Origin: Longimicrobium sp.
Lineage (GTDB): Bacteria > Gemmatimonadota > Gemmatimonadetes > Longimicrobiales > Longimicrobiaceae
Assembly (NCBI GenBank): GCA_036388335.1
Contig: DASVSA010000606.1
Location: 1-49,375, forward strand
Direction: 5' to 3'
Length of the DNA stretch: 49,375 nt
The notes below the pieces were generated by a model. It was not told where the DNA came from. It did no database searches and was given only the letters and a program-made list of their open reading frames with translations. Shown piece after piece: positions 1 to 6,990 of this stretch (its first letter is position 1; the number at the start of each line of letters is the position of its first letter). Position numbers and translations under genes: made by a program.

Positions 1-2
1 AG

Positions 3-1052
3 CCGCGGCGCATCCTGGTGATCAAGCTGTCGGCGCTGGGCGACACGCTGCTGATGGTGCCCGCGCTGCGCGAGCTGCGCCGCCGCTATCCCGGCGCCGA
101 AATCGGGATGGTGGGAACGGCCGTGAACCGCGACATCGCCCTGGAGCTGCCGCGGTTCATCGACCGCTTCTTCTGCCTGGACCCCGGGCGGGCGATGCGT
201 GATCCGCGCTACCTGCTGGGCTTCGTGCGCGAGCTGGCGCGCGAGGGGTGGGAGCTGGGCATCGACTTCGACCAGTGGACCAACGTCACTCCGCTGCTCT
301 TGCGCATGGCGCGGGTGCCGGTGAGGATCGGCTTCCGTACGCCCGCGCGCTTCCGCCACCTCCTGTACACGCACACCGAGCCGCGCGACCCGCGCAGCCA
401 CGAGGCCGAGAACTTCCTCCGCCTCCTGCGCCCGCTGGGGATCGAGCCGCCCGCGCCCGTGCTGGAGCTGGACGTGCGCCCCGAGGCGGAGGCGCGCGTC
501 CGCGGGCTGCTGCGCGAGGCGGGGTGGAACGGCGCGGACCCGCTGCTGGTGATCCACCCCGGCTGCGGCCACGCCCACCCGCGCGCCTGGCCCGCCGAGC
601 GCTACCGCGAGCTGACCATGCGCCTGGCGGCGGAGGGAAGCACCTTCTTCGTCTTCACGGGCGCGGGGAGCGAGGCGCCCATGGCCGAGTCGCTCGCCGC
701 CTCGGTTCCCGGGCGTGCGGCTGCGCTCACGCGGCTCTCCATCCCCGAGTTCGTCGCCTGCATCTCGCTGGGCGACCTGGTGCTCTCCGGCAACACGGGC
801 GCCATGCACATCGCCGCGGCGCTGGGGCGCGCGCAGGTGTTCCTGGAGGGTCCCAACGACCCCGCGAAGTGGGGCCCCATCAACCCCCGCGCCGTGGGCG
901 TGTTCAGCACCTGCCCCGGTTGCCCCTGCCTGGACATGGGCTGGGAGTTCCACCGCACAGACGGCTTCTGCATGGAGCAAATCCCGGTGGACGAGGTGCA
1001 CGAAGTGGTGACGCGGGAGCTGATGGGACGAGTGCTCAGTCCTGAGTCCTGA
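3..1052 (+). CDS. Glycosyltransferase family 9 (heptosyltransferase-like), 5' partial
   Basis: The frame is open from base 3 (PRRILVIKLSALGD). GT9 motifs: RILVIK..ALGD, IHPG...RAWP, DLVLSGNTGAMHIAAALG, GP..P..WGP. The true start lies upstream of the window. Confidence 0.9.
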   Translation, partial: PRRILVIKLSALGDTLLMVPALRELRRRYPGAEIGMVGTAVNRDIALELPRFIDRFFCLDPGRAMRDPRYLLGFVRELAREGWELGIDFDQWTNVTPLLLRMARVPVRIGFRTPARFRHLLYTHTEPRDPRSHEAENFLRLLRPLGIEPPAPVLELDVRPEAEARVRGLLREAGWNGADPLLVIHPGCGHAHPRAWPAERYRELTMRLAAEGSTFFVFTGAGSEAPMAESLAASVPGRAAALTRLSIPEFVACISLGDLVLSGNTGAMHIAAALGRAQVFLEGPNDPAKWGPINPRAVGVFSTCPGCPCLDMGWEFHRTDGFCMEQIPVDEVHEVVTRELMGRVLSPES

Positions 1053-1083
1053 ACTGCGGTTCTGCACTTGGCACTCAGGACTT
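1031..1083. repeat. Inverted pair of tandem heptamer repeats
   Basis: AGTGCTC-AGTCCTG-AGTCCTG (1031-1051) faces GCACTTG-GCACTCA-GGACTT (1064-1083), its approximate reverse complement. Confidence 0.65.
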
Positions 1084-1090
1084 CTCTTCG

Positions 1091-1118
1091 TCTCTGTGCC
1101 TCCGTGTCTCTGTGTGAG
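1091..1118. repeat. CTC(T/C)GTG-octamer intergenic repeat, single arm
   Basis: TCTCTGTGCCTCCGTGTCTCTGTGTGAG; same family as the copies at 6928, 11087, 14675 and 48797. Confidence 0.8.
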
Positions 1119-1131
1119 CCAGGCTTTTGCT

Positions 1132-1160
1132 TTGACTGTCACCCGCACCCGGGCTACATT
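1132..1160 (+). promoter_or_regulatory. Putative sigma70 promoter
   Basis: TTGACT (1132-1137), 17 nt spacer, TACATT (1155-1160), 30 nt upstream of the ATG at 1191. Confidence 0.6.
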
Positions 1161-1190
1161 CCGCGTTTTGCGCGCCCGAACTGCTGATCG

Positions 1191-1853
1191 ATGCGAATCC
1201 TGAAGTCTTTGCTCAACGCGGCGAGTCCCGATCTCTCCCACTCCCTCCTCCACCAGTACGATTCGCTGCTGGCTCGCGAGGTGATGGGGAGCTGCGACTC
1301 GCTGCTGGACGTGGGATGCGGACGGCAGTCGCCGGTGAAGGAGTTCTCGCGCGGGCTCTCGCGCGTGGTGGGAGTGGACCGGCACGTGCCGTACCTGGAG
1401 GAGAGCCGCGCCGCCGGCATCCACCACGACTACCGCCAGGGCGACGTGCTGGAGATCGGCGGGCTGTTCGAGCCGGGATCGTTCGACTGCGTGGTGGCGC
1501 TGGACCTGATCGAGCACCTTCCCAAGGAAGACGGGCTGCGGCTGATCCCCATGATGGAGCGGATCGCGCGCAAGAAGGTGATCATCTTCACCCCCAACGG
1601 CTTCCTGGAGCAGCGGGCGTACGACGACAACTCGCTGCAGGAGCACCTCTCGGGGTGGAGCCCGGCCGAGATGCGCGCGCTGGGCTACCGGGTGATCGGG
1701 GTCAACGGGTGGCGCCCGCTGCGGGGCGAGCGGGGGCTGATCCGCTGGCGGCCGGAGTGGATCTGGCGCAAGGTGGCGCTGGCCAGCCAGCTCGTGACGG
1801 AGACCCGGCCGGAGAGCGCGTTCCAGATGCTGTGCGTGAAGGACCTCTCCTGA
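1191..1853 (+). CDS. Class I SAM-dependent methyltransferase
   Basis: LLDVGCG motif I, VVGVD, SFDCVVALDLIEHL, IFTPNGF. Confidence 0.85.
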   Translation: MRILKSLLNAASPDLSHSLLHQYDSLLAREVMGSCDSLLDVGCGRQSPVKEFSRGLSRVVGVDRHVPYLEESRAAGIHHDYRQGDVLEIGGLFEPGSFDCVVALDLIEHLPKEDGLRLIPMMERIARKKVIIFTPNGFLEQRAYDDNSLQEHLSGWSPAEMRALGYRVIGVNGWRPLRGERGLIRWRPEWIWRKVALASQLVTETRPESAFQMLCVKDLS

Positions 1854-1900
1854 GCGCACCCCCAACGCCCGGCGGCGCGAGCCCCGGGCCAGGAGCTTCG

Positions 1901-3064
1901 ATGCGAGCCCTTTGCTTCTATCTTCCGCAGTACCATCCGATCCCCGAGAACGACGAGTGGTGGGGGCCGGGGTTCACGGAATGGACCAACGTCGCGCAGG
2001 CGCGGCCCCGCTTTCCGGGGCACTACCAGCCGCACGTGCCGGCGGACCTGGGCTTCTACGACCTGCGCCTGGAAGAGACGCGCGTCGCGCAGGCCGAGCT
2101 CGCGAAGGAGTACGGGATCGGCGGGTTCTGCTACTACCACTACTGGTTCGATGGGCGGCAGCTCCTGGAGCGCCCCTTCGACGAGGTGCTCGCATCCGGG
2201 AAGCCCGACTTCCCGTTCTGCCTGTGCTGGGCCAACGGCAACTGGACGCGGCGCTGGGATGGCGCGGAGCACGAAGTCCTCATGCGCCAGGACCCGGACA
2301 AGTATGACGCGGTCGCGCACATGGAGTGGCTGGTGCGCGCCTTCAAGGACCCGCGCTACGTGCGCGTGGACGGCCGTCCGCTCTTCCTGGTGTACCAGCC
2401 GGGCCACCTCGCCAACCGCGCGGCGGTGATCCGCACCTGGCGCGAGACGGCGGCGCGCCTGGGCGTGCCGGACATCTACCTGTGCGCCGTGCAGAGCCCG
2501 GCGGACGACACGGAGTACGCCGAGGCGCTCGCCGACGGCTTCGACGCCATGACGGAGTTCTTCCCCACGGGCCGCTCACTGCTGGCCACGGGGACGGGCG
2601 GGGCGCTGGACGCGGCGTGGCGCTTCGCGCGGCGGGCGGCGCAGCGGGTGATGGTGGAGGTGCTGGCGCCGGTGAGGGCCAGGATGCGCGTGCTGAGCTA
2701 CCGCGCCGTGGTGGAGTACGCCATGAGCCGGCCCGCGGCGGGCGAGCGGGTGTTCCCCTGCGTGATGCCGGGGTGGGACAACTCGGCGCGCCGCCGCTCG
2801 GGCGCCACGGTCATCCAGAACGACGACGCGGGGCTCTACCAGAGGTGGCTGGAGCACGCCTGCCGGCGCGTGGCGGGGAACCCGGCGGACGAGCAGATCG
2901 TCTTCATCAACGCCTGGAACGAGTGGGCCGAGGGGTGCCACCTGGAACCCGACCTCCGCAACGGGCGCCGCTTTTTGGAAGCCACCCGCGACGCCCTGGC
3001 TCCCTACGCGCAGCCGGCCGCGCGCCGGGCCCCCTCCGCGCCGCGCGCGGCGGGAGTGGCGTGA
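1901..3064 (+). CDS. WbsX / glycoside hydrolase family 99-like glycosyltransferase
   Basis: FYLPQYHPIPENDEWWG.GFTEWTNV, LGFYDLR, GFCYYHYWF, PGWDNSARR, FINAWNEWAEG. ATG at 1901 follows an AGGAG ribosome-binding site; the ORF-track start at 1316 is over-extended. Confidence 0.9.
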   Translation: MRALCFYLPQYHPIPENDEWWGPGFTEWTNVAQARPRFPGHYQPHVPADLGFYDLRLEETRVAQAELAKEYGIGGFCYYHYWFDGRQLLERPFDEVLASGKPDFPFCLCWANGNWTRRWDGAEHEVLMRQDPDKYDAVAHMEWLVRAFKDPRYVRVDGRPLFLVYQPGHLANRAAVIRTWRETAARLGVPDIYLCAVQSPADDTEYAEALADGFDAMTEFFPTGRSLLATGTGGALDAAWRFARRAAQRVMVEVLAPVRARMRVLSYRAVVEYAMSRPAAGERVFPCVMPGWDNSARRRSGATVIQNDDAGLYQRWLEHACRRVAGNPADEQIVFINAWNEWAEGCHLEPDLRNGRRFLEATRDALAPYAQPAARRAPSAPRAAGVA

Positions 3065-3074
3065 AGCCCCGGCG

Positions 3075-4046
3075 GTGAGCGTGCCCCGGCTCTCGATGGC
3101 GGTGGCCCTGTGCACCTTCAACGGGGCCTCCTTCCTGCGCGCGCAGCTCGAGAGCATCGCCGCGCAGGAGCGCGCGCCCGACCTGCTGCTGGTGGTGGAC
3201 GACGCTTCGTCCGACGATTCCGCGGAGATCGCGCGGGAGTTCGGGCGGGGCGCCGCGTTTCCCGTGCGCGTGGTGGTGAACGAGCACACGCTGGGCTTCG
3301 CGGCCAACTTCGGGCGGGCGATCGGGCTGGCCGGCGGCGACGTGGTGGTGCTGTGCGACCAGGACGACGTGTGGCACCCGGCCAAGCTCGCCCGCATGGA
3401 GGCCGCCTTCGAGCGCGCGCCCGAGGCCGGCGTGGTGTTCAGCGACGCGGAGCTGGTGGATGCAGAGCTGGCGCCCCTGGGCGAGCGGCTGTGGGACGCG
3501 GTGGGCCTCACCCCCGCGCGCAGGCAGGCGTTGAGCGAGGGGCGCGGCTTCGACCACCTGGTGGGCCGCACGCTGGTGACGGGGGCCACCATGGCCTTCC
3601 GCGCCTCGTTCCGCGACCTGGTGCTCCCCGTCCCCGCCGGCGTGGAGCACGACGCCTGGATCGCGCTCCTCGTCTCGGCGGTCGCGGGGATCGAGCCGAT
3701 CGCGGAGCCGCTGGTGCTGTACCGGCAGCACGGGGGCAACGCCATCGGGGCGCGGCGCGTGGGGCTGGTGCGCCGGGCCGGACGCGCGCGGGCGGTGAGG
3801 GCCAAGGGGCTGCGGGCGCGCCACGCCCGCAACGCCGCCGCGCTGGAGCGCCTCACGGCGTGGGGCGCCGACGCGGCCCTCCTCAAGACGCTGCGCGACT
3901 CGGTGGAGCACCTGCAGGTGAGGATGGAGCTGGCGGGCCACGCGCGCACCCACCGGCTGCGCGAGGTGGCGGGGGAGCTGGCCCGCCGCCGCTACGCCCG
4001 CTACAGCGAAGGCGTATCCAGCGCGCTGCGCGACCTGTGGGCGTGA
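3075..4046 (+). CDS. Glycosyltransferase family 2 (rhamnosyltransferase-like)
   Basis: LCTFNGA.FL..QL.SI, VVDDASSD, LCDQDDVW, VTGATM, HDAWI, LYRQHG.N. Confidence 0.9.
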   Translation: MSVPRLSMAVALCTFNGASFLRAQLESIAAQERAPDLLLVVDDASSDDSAEIAREFGRGAAFPVRVVVNEHTLGFAANFGRAIGLAGGDVVVLCDQDDVWHPAKLARMEAAFERAPEAGVVFSDAELVDAELAPLGERLWDAVGLTPARRQALSEGRGFDHLVGRTLVTGATMAFRASFRDLVLPVPAGVEHDAWIALLVSAVAGIEPIAEPLVLYRQHGGNAIGARRVGLVRRAGRARAVRAKGLRARHARNAAALERLTAWGADAALLKTLRDSVEHLQVRMELAGHARTHRLREVAGELARRRYARYSEGVSSALRDLWA

Positions 4047-4051
4047 CGGCG

Positions 4052-5053
4052 ATGAAGGTGTGCGTGGTGGTGGTGAACTGGAACGGCTGGGCGGACACGC
4101 TGGAGTGCCTGGAGAGCCTGCTGCGCTGCGAGCCCGGCGGCTTCACGGTGGTGGTGTGCGACAACGGCTCGGGCGACGGCTCGGCGCAGCGCATCCGCGA
4201 CTGGGCGGAGGGGCGGCTGGAGGTGGCGGTTCACCCCGGCAGCCCGCTCCGCCCCCTCTCGTTTCCCCCCCTCCCCAAGCCCGTCCCCTACGTGGAGTAC
4301 GGCCGCGCCGAAGCCGAGCGCGGCGGCGGCCCCGCGGACCCGGCCCTGGTGCTGGTGAGCACGGAGGAGAACCTGGGCTTCGCGGGCGGCAACAACGTGG
4401 GGATCCGCTACGCGCTGGCCCGCGGCGGCTTCGACTACCTCTGGCTCCTCAACAACGACACCGTGGTGAGGCCCGACGCGCTGCGGAAGCTCGTGGAGGA
4501 GGCGGAGCGGAACCCGGAGGCGGGGATCATCGGCTCCACCCTCCTGTACTACGACCGGCCAGACACGGTGCAGACGCTGGGCGGCGGCACCTACAACTGG
4601 TGGCTGGGGCTCCCCCGGCACATCGGCGCGGACTCCGCGGCGGACGGGGCGCCGCGGGGTCCACGCCCCGAGATGAGCTACGTGGTGGGCGCGTCGATGC
4701 TGGTGCGCGCCTCGTTCGTGCGCGAGGTGGGGCTGCTGAGCGAGGAGTACTTCCTGTACTTCGAGGAGCTGGACTGGGCGGCGCGGGCGCGCGGGCGCTA
4801 CACGCTGGGGTACGCTCCCGATTCCGTGGTGTATCACCGCGAGGGGAGCTCCACGGGCGGCAAGGCGAGCGGGGTGAAGAGCCGCGTGGCGGACTACCAC
4901 TTCTACCGCAACCGCGTGCGCTTCACCCGCAAGTTCGCGCCGGCTCTGCTCCCGGCCGTCCACCTTTCGCTCCTCTTTCCCATCGCCCGGCGCGCCGGGC
5001 GCGGGCAGTGGGACCACGTACGCATGCTCGCCAAGCTCTGGTTTACCGCGTGA
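4052..5053 (+). CDS. Glycosyltransferase family 2 (WbbL-like)
   Basis: VVVVNWNG..DTLECL, DNGSGDGS, NLGFAGGNN.G, WLLNNDT, FLYFEELDW. Start is ATG 4052 or the overlapping GTG 4043. Confidence 0.9.
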   Translation: MKVCVVVVNWNGWADTLECLESLLRCEPGGFTVVVCDNGSGDGSAQRIRDWAEGRLEVAVHPGSPLRPLSFPPLPKPVPYVEYGRAEAERGGGPADPALVLVSTEENLGFAGGNNVGIRYALARGGFDYLWLLNNDTVVRPDALRKLVEEAERNPEAGIIGSTLLYYDRPDTVQTLGGGTYNWWLGLPRHIGADSAADGAPRGPRPEMSYVVGASMLVRASFVREVGLLSEEYFLYFEELDWAARARGRYTLGYAPDSVVYHREGSSTGGKASGVKSRVADYHFYRNRVRFTRKFAPALLPAVHLSLLFPIARRAGRGQWDHVRMLAKLWFTA

Positions 5054-6309
5054 GAGACGCGCTGCTCATCTTCTGGGTCGCCACCATGGGGGCGGACCGC
5101 ATCGACCTGCTGGGGGGCAGGGGGCCCATCACGCTCCCGCCGTACCTGGTGCTGATGCCGCTCGTGGTGCTCCTGGAGGTGCCCGCGCTGATGTCCATGC
5201 GGCACGTGGAGTTCCGCAGGGAGGGGCAGGTGTACCTCCTGCTGGCCACCATTCTGGGGTCGATGGCGATGGCGTCGGCGGTGGGGAGCAGCGAGCCGGG
5301 GCTCTCGGCCAAGCGCGCTTCGCTCCTCGTCTTCCAGCTCTACGCGCTCCTGTTCGTGGCGGTGGTGCTCAAGAACCGGCCGGACGCGGGCAGCATCCTG
5401 GTGCGCGGCGCGTGGCTGGGGCTGTCGATCAGCTTCGTGTTCAACGTGCTGCAGGTGGCGGTGTGGCTCAACAACCCGTCCGCGCCGCCGGGCGGCGTCA
5501 TCGACCTGGTGCCGGGGCAGTTCGGCTCGCTGATGCCGCGCCCGGGCGGGCAGACGCTGGACCCCAACCGGGGCGGGATGGTGTTCGTGGTGTTCCTCTT
5601 CATCCTCTACCGCTTCGGCCGCCCGTCGCGGGCGAGGCGCTGGGCCACCTTCGGCACGGTGCTGTCCCTCATCATCACCCTCTCGCGCTCCGCGGCGCTG
5701 GGGGCGATGGGAACGCTGGGGACGGTGCTGATGGAGCGCCGCCGGCTGCGCATCACGCCCGGCCGCGTGGCGGGCTTCCTCACCGCCGCCACCGTGGGGA
5801 CGCTGGCCATCGTCATCATCCCCGGTGCATCGGAGCTGATGGGGATCCTGCTGGCGCCCATCACGGAGCGGTTCTCGGTGAACGACAGCGGCAACAGCCT
5901 CCACTTCCAGCTCATCGAGCGGGCGCTGGAGGTAGCGGGGCGGAGCTGGAAGAACTCGCTGTTCGGCATCGGCTACGGCAACTCGCCCACGGTGCTCACC
6001 GACCTCCTCCCCGGCACCCGCTACGCGAACTTCCACTCGCTGTACGCCACGCTGCTGGCGGAGATGGGGATCATCGCGCTGATGGCCGGGCTGGCGATGA
6101 TGCTGTACCCGGCCGTGCGCAAGAACCCGTTCCGCCCGGTGGCGGTGGGCTTCCTGTTCTTCAACGTGTTCTACCAGCTCGTGTCCGAGCCGTCGTTCTG
6201 GCTCGTTCTCTCGTGCGCGTGGGTGGGAGTGGGCGCCGACGCCCCCAAGCCGGCGCCCGGCCCCCGCGGCGCTCCGCCGCTGGCGCGCGCGAACGCAGGC
6301 GCGAGCTGA
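5050..6309 (+). CDS. O-antigen ligase / Wzy_C family integral membrane protein (polymerase, ligase or O-OTase)
   Basis: Many hydrophobic segments with DPN, TLSRSA, LFGIGYGN and FHSLYATLLAEMGII motifs. GTG start overlaps the upstream stop (GTGA). Confidence 0.8.
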   Translation: MRDALLIFWVATMGADRIDLLGGRGPITLPPYLVLMPLVVLLEVPALMSMRHVEFRREGQVYLLLATILGSMAMASAVGSSEPGLSAKRASLLVFQLYALLFVAVVLKNRPDAGSILVRGAWLGLSISFVFNVLQVAVWLNNPSAPPGGVIDLVPGQFGSLMPRPGGQTLDPNRGGMVFVVFLFILYRFGRPSRARRWATFGTVLSLIITLSRSAALGAMGTLGTVLMERRRLRITPGRVAGFLTAATVGTLAIVIIPGASELMGILLAPITERFSVNDSGNSLHFQLIERALEVAGRSWKNSLFGIGYGNSPTVLTDLLPGTRYANFHSLYATLLAEMGIIALMAGLAMMLYPAVRKNPFRPVAVGFLFFNVFYQLVSEPSFWLVLSCAWVGVGADAPKPAPGPRGAPPLARANAGAS

Positions 6310-6350
6310 TCCGCCTTTCTGATCACCGGAGTCTCCGTATGATGGACCTG

Positions 6351-6731
6351 ATGCCGAACAACCGCCGCACTCAGCCGTTCCTCGCCGCGCTCGCGCTCGT
6401 CCTGCTGCTGGCCGCGGGATGCGCGGACATCGTGAAGCCGCAGTACCGGTTCTCGGAGGTGCGCGTGGTCATCACCGACGACCAGGGGCGGGGAGTGCCC
6501 GCGGCGGCGGTGTCGCTGTACAACGGGGCCTACCAGATGGGCAGCGGCATCACCGGCCCCACGGGCGAGCACGTCTTCACCGAGGTGGCGGCGGGGTCGT
6601 ACGGGGTGTCCATCCATCCCAACCCGTACTACGAGTTCCGCCCCGGCGACCGCAACTACGTAGACACGCTCCGCATCGGCCAGGGAGAGCGGCGCGAGCT
6701 CTCCTGGGTGCTGCGCTATGTCGGTCCGTGA
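6351..6731 (+). CDS. Small lipoprotein with carboxypeptidase-regulatory-like / prealbumin-like beta-sandwich
   Basis: Signal peptide ends in lipobox LAAG-C; pattern V.ITDDQGRGVPAAAVSL...TGPTGEHVF..VAAGSYGVSI. Alternative ATGs at 6339 and 6342. Confidence 0.7.
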   Translation: MPNNRRTQPFLAALALVLLLAAGCADIVKPQYRFSEVRVVITDDQGRGVPAAAVSLYNGAYQMGSGITGPTGEHVFTEVAAGSYGVSIHPNPYYEFRPGDRNYVDTLRIGQGERRELSWVLRYVGP

Positions 6732-6751
6732 CGTGATGGCGCGCAACCCGT

Positions 6752-6886
6752 CCAGGAGCGAATAAATTCGCCGCTGGACCTGCGCGAAGACCGCCTTCGC
6801 GGTCTGTGTCTTCCGCCGGCGCTCAACCGTACAGTCCCCGCAGGGGACTTCGCATGGTTCCAGCGGCGAATTCATTCGCTCCCTGG
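6752..6886. repeat. REP-doublet / REPIN- or MITE-like inverted repeat element (about 135 bp)
   Basis: The left arm CCAGGAGCGAATAAATTCGCCGCTGGA...GCGAAGACCGCCTTCGCGGTCTGT pairs with the right arm ACAGTCCCCGCAGGGGACTTCGC...TCCAGCGGCGAATTCATTCGCTCCCTGG. Each arm has internal hairpins. It lies between convergent genes. Confidence 0.8.
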
Positions 6887-6927
6887 GGCCCCTCGGCGAC
6901 TGCCGCCGTTTCAACCGGATTTCGTAG

Positions 6928-6981
6928 CACACAGAGGCACGGAGATGACCTGATCTCCGTGCCTCTGTGCCTCTGTGTGAG
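6928..6981. repeat. CAC(A/G)GAG octamer palindromic repeat (hairpin)
   Basis: CACACAGAGGCACGGAGAT, loop, then ATCTCCGTGCCTCTGTGCCTCTGTGTGAG. Confidence 0.8.
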
Positions 6982-6990
6982 CCCCGCCGT

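Noticed and set aside
3-1052. GT9 as the transferase for the GDP-heptose product
   Set aside because: Characterised GT9 enzymes use ADP-heptose for the LPS core, and this gene is 20 kb away in another transcription unit. It is possible but unsupported.
1316-1900. Apparent long N-terminal extensions or fusions in the ORF track (1316, 3110, 4060, 14681, 15703, 23700, 24443, 29038, 30468, 33473)
   Set aside because: They come from upstream in-frame starts inside the previous gene. The real starts coincide with family N-terminal motifs and stop/start overlaps.
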